Shown in pieces: positions 21,633 through 31,241 of a DNA stretch of 64,000 nt (positions are counted from its first letter, which is position 1; every line of letters begins with the position of its first letter). This DNA is from a bacterium (GTDB lineage Bacteria; SAR324; XYD2-FULL-50-16; G965216635): contig OZ244188.1 of NCBI GenBank assembly GCA_965216635.1, positions 1,280,001 to 1,344,000 of the forward strand, in the 5' to 3' direction. The notes beneath the pieces were generated by a model, which was not told the DNA's origin, ran no database searches, and saw only the letters and a program-made list of their open reading frames with translations. Both the position numbers and the translations under genes were made by a program.

Positions 21633-23078
21633 ATGAAAAACATAAATTCTCAAGTTTTAAGGAAAACTTTTGCGGCTCGTTTTATTTTGGCTCGTTTTAT
21701 TTTGGCTCGTTTTACTCTGGTTCGTTTCGTTTTGGCAGCTATTCTTATTCCCGCTCTTCTTATAGGAAGTGCCTTTACTTTTGGAGGCAGCAAGCTGCAA
21801 GCCCAAGCGGTTCAAAGCAGCAGCAAGCTGGGATTTTTCGTTGGCATTGCCTATCTGAGTGGTTTTAAAGTGGATACCACAACACGTGTCACCACAAATA
21901 GCACAACCATCACAGACGCTATTACTACAGGCTATAGAATTGATGTAGATCGTGGCAATGGCGGCTATGGAGCGGCAAGCTATAGAATAGAAGCAACTAG
22001 TGGACATCCTGGCTGGGATGCTACAACAGCAACTGGAATCAGAGCTTTAGTATCAGCAAATTGTGAAAGCAGTAAAACATCTGTTAATTCAAATGGAGAA
22101 TACTTTTTTTCACAAGATACTTTTATTTCCTTTGATTCTGGTGCAAAACCGTCTTTAGCTGATATTCTCAGTCCTACGAATGATGCTACCGTAACTTTCC
22201 TAGACCGTAGATTTCCTAGTACAAACTTTCGTTCAGGATTGGCAACGACAGATGATCCTTCTTTAGGAGTAATACAAGAAACATCCCATTGTTATAGCTA
22301 CTTTTCCCAAAAGACTAAAGATTTTAATTCTTCTACTTATGAGGTGACTCCAGATTCGCCTTCAAATCCAACATCTGTACCTGCGGATCCAATTGAAACC
22401 ACTAGTAGCAAGAGTGATCAACTATCAGGTATTGGTCTGCAATTCGGTTTTAGGTGGGAAAAATGGAGAGCCTCCTTGACGCACTTTACTGGCAAAGGTG
22501 GAGCTAACGAACTCGCCAATACACTAGTTATGGCGGATTATTTTGTAAACAAGGGTCTTTTTGTAGGAGGCGGTCTAGCGAGCATGAAGCTTACCAGCGG
22601 CTCTGCCAATGGTTATACCAGCGGCTCTGCCACAAGTCCAGCGCTTAGAGTCGGCTATAAGCAGAAATTAACCCCCAACCTATCGCTTAATTTTGGCTTG
22701 ACGAAGTATATCTCGGGGGTTTCTCTAAAAAGTAGTGTTACTACTACTACTACTACTACTCCTCCTACTACTCCTACTAATACTACTCCCATTATGTTAC
22801 GCTCTTTTCAAAAAACACAGACTGGTGGTGATTCAGCAACAATTGGGATGTTAGATGTGGTTGGGAATGGGAGTTCTAATGTGTTTAGATATTTCACTGG
22901 TGGTAATACAGTTGATGATGGAAGAGTAGAAGTAACTCAATTCCACAGCAGAACTGTATATATAAAAGAAATACAGATTCCAGCAGGATCAGAAACTCAG
23001 ACAACCACAACCACCGAAACAGATGCCGAACTCAAAGCACCCCTCGTCATCAGCATCTCCTTCCACTTGACTTTTTAA
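21633..23078 (+). CDS. Putative outer-membrane beta-barrel surface protein, paralog 1
   Basis: Signal-like N-terminus, eight amphipathic strands shared with the paralogs, C-terminal VISISFHLTF. Confidence 0.7.
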   Translation: MKNINSQVLRKTFAARFILARFILARFTLVRFVLAAILIPALLIGSAFTFGGSKLQAQAVQSSSKLGFFVGIAYLSGFKVDTTTRVTTNSTTITDAITTGYRIDVDRGNGGYGAASYRIEATSGHPGWDATTATGIRALVSANCESSKTSVNSNGEYFFSQDTFISFDSGAKPSLADILSPTNDATVTFLDRRFPSTNFRSGLATTDDPSLGVIQETSHCYSYFSQKTKDFNSSTYEVTPDSPSNPTSVPADPIETTSSKSDQLSGIGLQFGFRWEKWRASLTHFTGKGGANELANTLVMADYFVNKGLFVGGGLASMKLTSGSANGYTSGSATSPALRVGYKQKLTPNLSLNFGLTKYISGVSLKSSVTTTTTTTPPTTPTNTTPIMLRSFQKTQTGGDSATIGMLDVVGNGSSNVFRYFTGGNTVDDGRVEVTQFHSRTVYIKEIQIPAGSETQTTTTTETDAELKAPLVISISFHLTF

Positions 23079-23192
23079 GAAAACAGAAAAAATAAAAAAC
23101 TGCCAACAACCAATAGTTTGCTATTATTGTTTTTTTCTGTTAAGCTTTATGAAGTTTTGTTATTTAACCTAAATTTAATTATTTACACGATT

Positions 23193-24566
23193 ATGAAAAA
23201 CATAAATTCCCAAGTTTTAAGGAAAACTTTCGCTTTTTCGCTGGTTCGTTTTATTTTGGTTCGTTTAGTTTTGGCTCGTTTCGTTTTGGCAGCTATTCTT
23301 ATTCCCGCTCTTCTTATAGGAAGTGCCTTTACTTTTGGAGGCAGCAAGCTGCAAGCCCAAGCGAATGGTAGCCCAAATGGTCAGAGCAGCAAGCAGGGAT
23401 TTTTCGCTGGTATTGTCTATCTAAATGGTTTTAAGGTAGATAGCAGCACTAAAACCACTAGCGTCACTAATGCTAATATTAGTATTGTTGGTGATGCCAC
23501 GACATCCTATACCCTGATAGGTTATTCAGCTATCACCACTGGCATAGAAGCAAAAGCTGCTTCTTTCTTTGATTCTAGTCCTTTGAAAGCTGGACTAGAA
23601 GCTCTTATAGCAAAAAACTGTGAAACAGGAGCAGCAACTGCTGATGCCGGTGGAACCTATTCTTTTTTGAATCCCTACATACAGACCTTTGATGAAGGCT
23701 CAAGAGATTTTGTAGGTGACTCCGCCACTTCTATAACTAATAACTGGCCTCTTAATACATGTTTAGAACACTTTTCTTCTAATGGTTTAACCGATGCTTC
23801 TTTTGATGATTATGAAGTAACCGCAGATGATATAATAGTGCATGGTTCAATATCAACAACATCAACAACACCAACAGACACATCAACAACTAGCAAGAGT
23901 GATAAACTATCAGGTATTGGTCTGCAATTCGGCTTTAGGTGGGAAAAATGGAGAGCCTCTCTGACTCACTTTACTGGCAAGGGTGGAGCTAACAAGCTCT
24001 CCAATACACTAGTTATGGCGGATTACTTTTTTAACGAGGATTTTTTTGTAGGAGGCGGTCTAGCGAGTATGAAGCTTACCAATTCTGCCAATGGTTCTAC
24101 TAGCGAATCTGCCATTAGCCCAGCTATCCAAATCGGCTATAAAAAGAAATTAACCTCCAACCTGTCGCTTAATTTTGGATTGACGAAGTATATCTCGGGG
24201 GTTTCTCTAAAAAGTAGCACTGCTCCGACAACTACTCCCTATACTCCCGATCCCATTTTCAATCCTGCCAATACTACAAGAAACACCTTGACCCATGAGC
24301 AGGGTCCAATAAAAGGAGGATCAGTAGTGATGGGTACCGTGAATGTTAATACCAATGGCAACTCATTCAACTCAGTGGTTGTCTCGGGAGTTGGCGATTT
24401 AAGAACAGAAGCAACCCAATTTGGAAGCAGAACCGTTACTGTAGAAGAAACTATTGAGACTGGCACTACAACCACAACAGAAGGAACAATAGAAACAACC
24501 ACAGAGACCGCTGCCGAGCTCAAAGCACCCCTCGTCATCAGCATCTCCTTCCACTTGACTTTTTAA
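23193..24566 (+). CDS. Putative outer-membrane beta-barrel surface protein, paralog 2
   Basis: Same conserved blocks; start set at MKNINSQ by comparison with paralog 1. Confidence 0.7.
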   Translation: MKNINSQVLRKTFAFSLVRFILVRLVLARFVLAAILIPALLIGSAFTFGGSKLQAQANGSPNGQSSKQGFFAGIVYLNGFKVDSSTKTTSVTNANISIVGDATTSYTLIGYSAITTGIEAKAASFFDSSPLKAGLEALIAKNCETGAATADAGGTYSFLNPYIQTFDEGSRDFVGDSATSITNNWPLNTCLEHFSSNGLTDASFDDYEVTADDIIVHGSISTTSTTPTDTSTTSKSDKLSGIGLQFGFRWEKWRASLTHFTGKGGANKLSNTLVMADYFFNEDFFVGGGLASMKLTNSANGSTSESAISPAIQIGYKKKLTSNLSLNFGLTKYISGVSLKSSTAPTTTPYTPDPIFNPANTTRNTLTHEQGPIKGGSVVMGTVNVNTNGNSFNSVVVSGVGDLRTEATQFGSRTVTVEETIETGTTTTTEGTIETTTETAAELKAPLVISISFHLTF

Positions 24567-24767
24567 GAAAACAGAAAAAATAAAAAACTGCCAACAACCA
24601 ATAGTTTGCTATTATTGTTTTTTTCTGCAATTATTCTTTATAAAGGATAAGCAGAAAAAATAAAAAGATGCCAATAGCCAACAAAATACTATTGACAAGA
24701 ATTTTTTTTTCTGCAACTTCTTTATGAAGTTTTGTTATTTAACCTAAATTTAATTATTTACACGATT

Positions 24768-26117
24768 ATGAAAAACATAAATTCCCAAGTTTTAAGGAAA
24801 ACTTTCGCTTTTTCGCTGGTTCGTTTTATTTTGGTTCGTTTAGTTTTGGCTCGTTTCGTTTTGGCAGCTATTCTTATTCCCGCTCTTCTTATAGGAAGTG
24901 CCTTTACTTTTGGAGGCAGCAATCTGCAAGCCCAAGCGGTTCAAAATAATACAAAATCGGGATTTTTCGCTGGGTTTGTCTATCTGAGTGGCTTTAAAGT
25001 AGACACCACAAAACTTGTCACCACAAACAGCACAACCATCACAGACTCTATTACTACAGGCTATAGAATTACTGGCTATGGAGACGCAACCTCTAGCATA
25101 GTCGCAACCAGCGGGCGTTCTGACTGGGATGCTGCGACAGCAACTGGAGCCAGAACTTTAGTATCAGCAAATTGTAAAGATGGTAAAACAACAACTGTTA
25201 ATTTAGTAAATGTATCATACTCCTTTGAAGCACGTATTTTTGATTCCTTTGATTCTGGTGCAAAACCGTCTACAATTGATTCTGTAACTACAAGAGATCC
25301 TAGTAATGACCGATTTCTTTCAGGATTGTCAGAAGGAGAAACATCCCATTGTTATAGCTACTTTTTCGGTGATCTTTCCTCCGATAGAAGCTCTATTCCA
25401 AACTATCAGATTGCGACTCCAGATTCAGCTCCGACTCCAACTTCTGTACATGCGGATCCAAGAACAACCACTAGTAGCAAGAGCGATAAACTCTCAGGTA
25501 TTGGTCTGCAATTCGGCTTTAGGTGGGAAAAATGGAGAGCCTCCTTGACTCACTATACTGGCAAAGGTGGAGCTAACGAGCTCGCCAATACACTAGTTAT
25601 GGCGGATTATTTTGTAAACAAGGGTCTTTTTGTAGGAGGCGGTCTAGCGAGTATGACGCTCCAAAATAGTTTAACCAGTGGCTCTGCCACAAGTCCAGTG
25701 CTTAGAGTCGGCTATAAGCAGAACTTAACCTCCAACCTATCGCTTAATTTTGGCTTGAAGAAGTATATTTCGGGGGTTTCTCTAAAAAGTAGTGTTACTA
25801 CTACTACTACTCCTACTACTACTAATACTACTCCCATTGTGTTACGCTCTTTTGAAAAAACACAGACTGCACGCGGTGATTCAGCAACAATTGGAATCAG
25901 AAATGTGTCGATTGATAGTGATACCATTGATCTTCGATTCCTTAATAATGTTGATAACAGAATAGAAGTAACTCAATTCCACAGCAGAACTGTAAATATA
26001 GACGAAATCCAGATTCCAGCAGGAGCCACAGAAACTCAGACAGAAACAACCACCGAAACCGATGCCGAACTCAAAGCACCACTCGTCATCAGCATCTCCT
26101 TCCATTTGACTTTTTAA
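24768..26117 (+). CDS. Putative outer-membrane beta-barrel surface protein, paralog 3
   Basis: Same conserved blocks; 5' end nearly identical to paralog 2, body closer to paralog 1. Confidence 0.7.
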   Translation: MKNINSQVLRKTFAFSLVRFILVRLVLARFVLAAILIPALLIGSAFTFGGSNLQAQAVQNNTKSGFFAGFVYLSGFKVDTTKLVTTNSTTITDSITTGYRITGYGDATSSIVATSGRSDWDAATATGARTLVSANCKDGKTTTVNLVNVSYSFEARIFDSFDSGAKPSTIDSVTTRDPSNDRFLSGLSEGETSHCYSYFFGDLSSDRSSIPNYQIATPDSAPTPTSVHADPRTTTSSKSDKLSGIGLQFGFRWEKWRASLTHYTGKGGANELANTLVMADYFVNKGLFVGGGLASMTLQNSLTSGSATSPVLRVGYKQNLTSNLSLNFGLKKYISGVSLKSSVTTTTTPTTTNTTPIVLRSFEKTQTARGDSATIGIRNVSIDSDTIDLRFLNNVDNRIEVTQFHSRTVNIDEIQIPAGATETQTETTTETDAELKAPLVISISFHLTF

Positions 26118-26154
26118 GAAAAAAAAAACTGCAGGGAATTTTATAGCATAACAT

Positions 26155-26259
26155 GTAGAGACGCCCTACAGGGCGTCTTATACGATGTGCATAAACCACA
26201 AAAAGCTGTTTTTAATAAACGTTCTAAATTTATGAGACGCCCATATAGGACGTCTCTAC
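26155..26259. repeat. Inverted pair of GTAG-type REP palindromes (REPIN-like)
   Basis: GTAGAGACGCCCTACAGGGCGTCT at 26155-26178 and AGACGCCCATATAGGACGTCTCTAC at 26235-26259. Confidence 0.8.
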
Positions 26260-26355
26260 AGACCTACATAAAATAAAAAATACCTCCCCGCAATGCATTT
26301 GATTTTTTTTTTGAAACCTGTAGGGGATGTTTTTTTTGGTAGGTTCGCTCCTACT

Positions 26356-27015
26356 TTATTTACCAAAGTTAATAACCAAAACAAATTCTTTTTTTTTAAA
26401 AGAACGTTGCTTTAATTGAGCGAAATTTCCTGAAAATAACTCTTCGTCTTTTTTTGTTAGATTCATAGCCAAAAACAGTTCTGTTTTGGGACTTAAAATT
26501 TGATACAAATCTGCTAAAAGAAATTTTAGTCTGTAGGGAGTGTCGTAAAGCACAAGAGGGCAGTTTAATTTTTTAAACCCAAGAATTTGTTTTTTTCTTA
26601 AAACTGAATTCCTATTCAAAAAACCTCCAAAATGAAAAGATTTCATTTCAAAAGGAACCAAAGAAAGAGCTACGCTAAGAGAGCAAGCACCGGGCAAACT
26701 GCTCGTAGGTATTTTGTTTTGATAACAAAGTCTTAAAAGAGAGCTTCCAGGATCTAAAAACACAGGAGTTCCAGCATCGCTAATAAGAGCGGCTGTTTGT
26801 TTTTTATTTAATTTTTTTAAAATTTCTGTTGTCGCTTCAATTTCGTTGTGCTCGTTTAATTCCAATAATTCTTTTTCTATTTTCCATTGTTTGAGTAGTT
26901 TGCTTCCTTTTTTAAATTCCTCACAAATTACAAAATCTACTTGGTTTAAAATCTGTATGGCTCTTTGACTAATATCTGCCGCATTACCTATGGGGGTGGC
27001 TAGAATGAAAAGCAC
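26356..27015 (-). CDS. rsmI: 16S rRNA (cytidine1402-2'-O)-methyltransferase
   Basis: LFILATPIGNAADISQRA, LISDAGTPVFLDPG. Confidence 0.9.
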   Translation of the reverse strand: MLFILATPIGNAADISQRAIQILNQVDFVICEEFKKGSKLLKQWKIEKELLELNEHNEIEATTEILKKLNKKQTAALISDAGTPVFLDPGSSLLRLCYQNKIPTSSLPGACSLSVALSLVPFEMKSFHFGGFLNRNSVLRKKQILGFKKLNCPLVLYDTPYRLKFLLADLYQILSPKTELFLAMNLTKKDEELFSGNFAQLKQRSFKKKEFVLVINFGK

Positions 27016-27029
27016 GTTTTTTTTTTGGA

Positions 27030-28979
27030 TTAGTTTTGTGGGGCTCTTTTTGAAGGCTTGTTTTGTGGTTGCCTTCTAGGAGTTCTGTTTTGTGAGGCTC
27101 TTTTAGAATATGTATTTTGTGGAGTTCTGCTAGAAGATGTGCTTCGTGGAGTTCTGCTAGAATATGTAGCTCGCGGAGTTCTGCTAGGAGATGTTGCTCG
27201 CTGAGCTCCGCTAGAAGATGTAGCTCGCGGAGTTCTGCTAGAAGATGTGCTTCGTGGAGTTTCGCTAGAATATGTGCTTGGTGTTCTTCTAGGAGTTCTG
27301 CTAGAAGATGTGCTTTGTGGGGCTCTTTTAGAATATGTGCTTTGTGGGGCTCTGCTAGAATATGTGCTTCGTGGAGCTCCGCTAGAAGATGTAGCTCGCT
27401 GAGCTCCGCTAGAAGATGTGTTCCGTGGAGTTGCACTAGAAGATGTGCTTCGTGGAGTTCTGCTAGAAGATGTAGCTCGCGGAGTTCTGCTAGAAGATGT
27501 GCTTTGTGGGGCTCTGCTAGAAGAAGTGCTTGGTGTTCTTCTGGGAGTTCCGCTAGAAGATGTGCTTCGTGGAGTTCTGCTAGAATATGTGCTTGGTGTT
27601 CTTCTAGGAGTTCTGCTAGAAGATGTGCTTCGTGGTGCTCTTTTAGAAGATGTGCTTCGTGGAGTTCTGCTAGAAGATGTGCTTTGTGGAGTTCTGCTAG
27701 AAGATGTAGCTTGCGGAATTCTGCTAGAAGATGTTGCTCGCGGAATTCTGCTAGAAGATGTGCTTCGTGGAGTTCTGCTAGAATATGTAGCTCGCTGAGC
27801 TCCGCTAGAAGATGTGCTTCGTGGAGTTCTGCTAGAAGATGTTGCTCGCGGAGTCCTGCTAGAAGATGTGCTTCGTGGAGTTTCGCTAGAATATGTGCTT
27901 GGTGTTCTTCTAGGAGTTCTGCTAGAAGATGTGCTTTGTGGTGCTCTTTTAGAATATGTATTTTGTGGAGTTCTGCTAGAAGATGTGCTTTGTGGTGCTC
28001 TTTTAGAATATGTATTTTGTGGAGTTCTGCTAGAAGATGTGCTTTGTGGTGCTCTTTTAGAATATGTATTTTGTGGAGTTCTGCTAGAAGATGTGCTTCG
28101 TGGAGTTCTGCTAGAAGATGTTGCTCGCGGAGTCCTGCTAGAAGATGTGCTTGGTGTTCTTCTGGGAGTTCTGCTAGAAGATGTAGCTCGCTGAGCTCCG
28201 CTAGAAAATGTAGCTCGCGTAGTTCTGCTAGAAGATGTAGTTTGTGATATTTCTTTTGAAGGTTTGTTTTGTAATAGCTTTTTAATCTCCTCTTCTTTTA
28301 AAAGTCTATATTCTCCAGATTTTAAATCTGCAAGATGGATACTACCTATTTGAAACCTTTTAATTTTTAAAACTCGGATTTTTAGATGGCCGAACATTTT
28401 TCTGATTTGTTGGTTTAGTCCTTGATACAGTTCCACCTTAGCCCAGCTTTTTTGGTTTTGTTCTCGTAAAGGGCGAACTTTTGCTTGATAAATTTTTCCC
28501 GCGATATACATACTTTTATTGAGAATTTTTAATTCTTTTTCGTCCAGTACTTTTTCAATCTTTACTAGATAAGATTTTTTAAATTTGTATTTGGGGTGGC
28601 TGATTTGTTGAGAAAAATCTCCGTTGTTGGTGATAAAAATCAACCCTTCCGAATCGTAGTCTAGTCTGCCTACTGGAAATAGCGGGCAGTTTATTTTGGG
28701 GAAGTATTTTACAATAGTTTCTCTGTCTTTTTCGTCTTTGAGAGTCGTAATACAACTTTTAGGTTTATTGAGAATATAAACCAGACGAGGAAATTTTGAA
28801 GGAGTTAGTTTTTTCCCTTTGAAACAAACACTGTCTTTTTCTGGGTCTATTTTTATTCCTAGTTCCGTTTTTATTTTCCCATTGATTTGAACTAGCCCGT
28901 CTAAAATAAATTTTTCTGAATTTCTTCTGGATGCTACTCCACACTGTGCTAAAAATTTTTGTAGTCTTATATTTTCCAT
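27030..28979 (-). CDS. RsuA/RluB-family pseudouridine synthase with ~400-aa tandem-repeat tail
   Basis: S4 domain RLQKFLAQCGVASRR, LNKPK, PVGRLDYDSEGL; repeats begin at about aa 248. Confidence 0.9.
   Translation of the reverse strand: MENIRLQKFLAQCGVASRRNSEKFILDGLVQINGKIKTELGIKIDPEKDSVCFKGKKLTPSKFPRLVYILNKPKSCITTLKDEKDRETIVKYFPKINCPLFPVGRLDYDSEGLIFITNNGDFSQQISHPKYKFKKSYLVKIEKVLDEKELKILNKSMYIAGKIYQAKVRPLREQNQKSWAKVELYQGLNQQIRKMFGHLKIRVLKIKRFQIGSIHLADLKSGEYRLLKEEEIKKLLQNKPSKEISQTTSSSRTTRATFSSGAQRATSSSRTPRRTPSTSSSRTPRATSSSRTPRSTSSSRTPQNTYSKRAPQSTSSSRTPQNTYSKRAPQSTSSSRTPQNTYSKRAPQSTSSSRTPRRTPSTYSSETPRSTSSSRTPRATSSSRTPRSTSSSGAQRATYSSRTPRSTSSSRIPRATSSSRIPQATSSSRTPQSTSSSRTPRSTSSKRAPRSTSSSRTPRRTPSTYSSRTPRSTSSSGTPRRTPSTSSSRAPQSTSSSRTPRATSSSRTPRSTSSSATPRNTSSSGAQRATSSSGAPRSTYSSRAPQSTYSKRAPQSTSSSRTPRRTPSTYSSETPRSTSSSRTPRATSSSGAQRATSPSRTPRATYSSRTPRSTSSSRTPQNTYSKRASQNRTPRRQPQNKPSKRAPQN
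27087..28238 (-). repeat. Coding minisatellite, ~41 units of 27 bp (five of 36 bp), consensus TSSSRTPR(S/A)
   Basis: Units counted from the translation; DNA core TCTGCTAGAAGATGT on the + strand. Confidence 0.95.
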
Positions 28980-28981
28980 AT

Positions 28982-29335
28982 TTACTCCGTCACAGGCAAC
29001 ATCCTACCCAAATCTCTTCCGCCTAAAAGGTGCAGATGGATATGAAAAACCTCTTGTCTACCGTGCTTATTGCAGTTAATAATCAAACGATAACCATCTT
29101 CTGCAATCCCTTTGTCTTTGGCAATTTGAGCGGCGATTCGGACAACTCTACCCATCGCAAGGTCGTGCTTTTCTGTCAGCTCATTGGTGGTAGCTAAGGG
29201 TTCGTTGGGCACAACAAGAATATGCACTGGGGTTTGAGGGTTAATATCTTGGAACGCGGTTACTAGCTCATCCTGATAAACAATTTCCGCTGGAATTTCT
29301 TTTTTAATGATTTTTTCAAAGAGTGTTGTTTCCAT
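28982..29335 (-). CDS. hinT: Histidine triad nucleotide-binding protein
   Basis: [36 protein letters not shown]. Confidence 0.9.
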   Translation of the reverse strand: METTLFEKIIKKEIPAEIVYQDELVTAFQDINPQTPVHILVVPNEPLATTNELTEKHDLAMGRVVRIAAQIAKDKGIAEDGYRLIINCNKHGRQEVFHIHLHLLGGRDLGRMLPVTE

Positions 29336-29374
29336 TTTATTTTTTGAATTTAGGTTTATTTAAAAACTATTTTA

Positions 29375-30538
29375 CTAAACTATTTTCTCACCCATAACAA
29401 GTATTTCATAATTTTCTAAACTATTTTGCCAGTTTTTATTGCTATTCATTGAAGCCATTATATTTTTTTTATATTCTATCTTTATGTTTTCTTTTATATC
29501 CAAATATTTATTTAATATTCGCTTGAGATTCTCAATAGAAGTTCTACCATTTGTATTATAAGAGAATAAAATATATTTAGCATTAGTATTTTTTATTAGC
29601 TTTTCTATTGCTATATCTGAATTATACCTGCCGTTTGTTTTTCTAAAATCTTCAAAAGGATTGATATTATTGTGGTCTTTAGTGTCAGTTCTTCTGTTGC
29701 ATTTGCCAAATACTTGAGGCTTATCGTTTCTACTTATGGTTTCCCAAATATGATAATAGCATTGATACCTTACACGGGAGGCTGGCATTTTATCATTAGC
29801 GGATCCGTAAGGGGGATCGTAATAGACTAAATCGTGATATTTCTTACTTATTTCAAAAACATTTTTTTGCTCTATTTTATGGGCTAGATTATGAGGATTA
29901 AAAAATTTCGGCATAACTAATTCCATTGTTTTATAAGAGCGTTTAGACCACTCCCTGAGATAGGAAGATTGGTGTCCCAAAGTGCTATCTACTTTGTCTA
30001 ATGCTAGTATTAAACTGGTGATTAAAATACTTTTTTCTATTTTACTTAGTTTAATATTTTGCAAAAATTCTAAAATACCATCTAATTTTTTTGTATTATG
30101 AATTTGAAAAGGCTTTTTAGTATCGTATATTTCTCCGCCATAGTTTTGAGAATACCAGCCTGAACCTGAATCAATACTGGGAGCATCAATACTATTTAGC
30201 TCTTTGATTATATTTTTTATTCTAGTGGTTTCTTTCCCTAATAAAAAGCAAGTTGCCAATTCTTTGCTATAAGAAGCTAAATCATTCGCCGTGACGCTAT
30301 AACCATTATTGGAAAGAAATTGAGAAACTCTGCAACTACCAGAAAATCCGTCTAGCACTGTTTTTATATCTGTATATTCACCTATTATTTCATTGATGTA
30401 AGAAATAATTTTTTTCTTTGAGCCAATATATTTGATGCTATCTGTAGCAAGAGAGCTGGGAAATTTTAGTTTTGCTTTACTTTCTTTTTTTAAGGAAGGA
30501 AACGTATCATACTGAAAAAAATTACTTGATTGTAGCAT
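29375..30538 (-). CDS. Adenine-specific DNA methyltransferase (D12/Dam-FokI-like), orphan
   Basis: KYIGSK, DGFSGS, YYDPPY; no adjacent endonuclease gene. Confidence 0.85.
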   Translation of the reverse strand: MLQSSNFFQYDTFPSLKKESKAKLKFPSSLATDSIKYIGSKKKIISYINEIIGEYTDIKTVLDGFSGSCRVSQFLSNNGYSVTANDLASYSKELATCFLLGKETTRIKNIIKELNSIDAPSIDSGSGWYSQNYGGEIYDTKKPFQIHNTKKLDGILEFLQNIKLSKIEKSILITSLILALDKVDSTLGHQSSYLREWSKRSYKTMELVMPKFFNPHNLAHKIEQKNVFEISKKYHDLVYYDPPYGSANDKMPASRVRYQCYYHIWETISRNDKPQVFGKCNRRTDTKDHNNINPFEDFRKTNGRYNSDIAIEKLIKNTNAKYILFSYNTNGRTSIENLKRILNKYLDIKENIKIEYKKNIMASMNSNKNWQNSLENYEILVMGEKIV

Positions 30539-30605
30539 AATTGTTAAAGAACAGCTTGACTAAATTTTGAATATAAACTAAAGTTAAAACTAAAGAAACA
30601 AATTT

Positions 30606-31241
30606 ATGGCTGATAATAATATTTACTTAGAAAAGATTAAAGATTATCCGCTAATTACTACTTACCAAAATCCAATCCCTGAAAGTTGGGACAATTTATT
30701 TTTAAAAAAACAACCACTTGTGATAGATATAGGTTGCGGCTCTGGAAAATTTATTTTAGCTGAGGCTTTGAGAAAACCAAATTTTAACTATATTGGTATA
30801 GAAACCCGTTATAAGAGATTGGTAAAGGCAGCTAGAAAACTGGAGAGTAATTTGCTAGATAATGTGAAACTTTTGCAAAGAAGAATTGGTTTGTTAAGCG
30901 AAATATTTTTGGAAAATTCACTAAAAAAAATTTATATTAATTTTCCAGATCCTTGGCAAAAAAAAAAACAACAAAAACATCGTTTGCTAAACTGCCGTTT
31001 TTTTGAAGATATTCATAAACTGCTACAAGAAAATGGTATTTGTAGTTTAAAAACCGATCACATAGAGTATTTTAAGTTTGTCAACAATTCTATGGAGAAA
31101 ACAGGTGCTTTTGAAATACTAGAATACAGTGAGGATTTACAAAATTCTGAATATGAAAGAAACAACCTAGTAACAGAATTTGAAATGCTTTTTCGTAAAA
31201 AAGAAACACCTATCCATTACCTTAAATTAAGCAAAAAATGA
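30606..31241 (+). CDS. trmB: tRNA (guanine46-N7)-methyltransferase
   Basis: DIGCGSG, NFPDPWQKKKQQKHRL, KTD, TEFE. Confidence 0.93.
   Translation: MADNNIYLEKIKDYPLITTYQNPIPESWDNLFLKKQPLVIDIGCGSGKFILAEALRKPNFNYIGIETRYKRLVKAARKLESNLLDNVKLLQRRIGLLSEIFLENSLKKIYINFPDPWQKKKQQKHRLLNCRFFEDIHKLLQENGICSLKTDHIEYFKFVNNSMEKTGAFEILEYSEDLQNSEYERNNLVTEFEMLFRKKETPIHYLKLSKK

Noticed and set aside
21633..26117. Diversity-generating retroelement acting on the barrel paralogs
   Set aside because: No reverse transcriptase in the window; differences include indels and all bases rather than adenine-specific changes
27087..28238. CRISPR array interpretation of the 27-bp periodic repeat
   Set aside because: No unique spacers, unit lengths are multiples of 3 and in frame with the enzyme, and no cas genes are present
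26984..28247. Alternative-frame ORFs over the repeat (SSARRC, GVLLEDV, LLAELHEAH frames)
   Set aside because: Stop-free frames are an expected by-product of a 27-bp repeat; only the frame fused to the synthase has support
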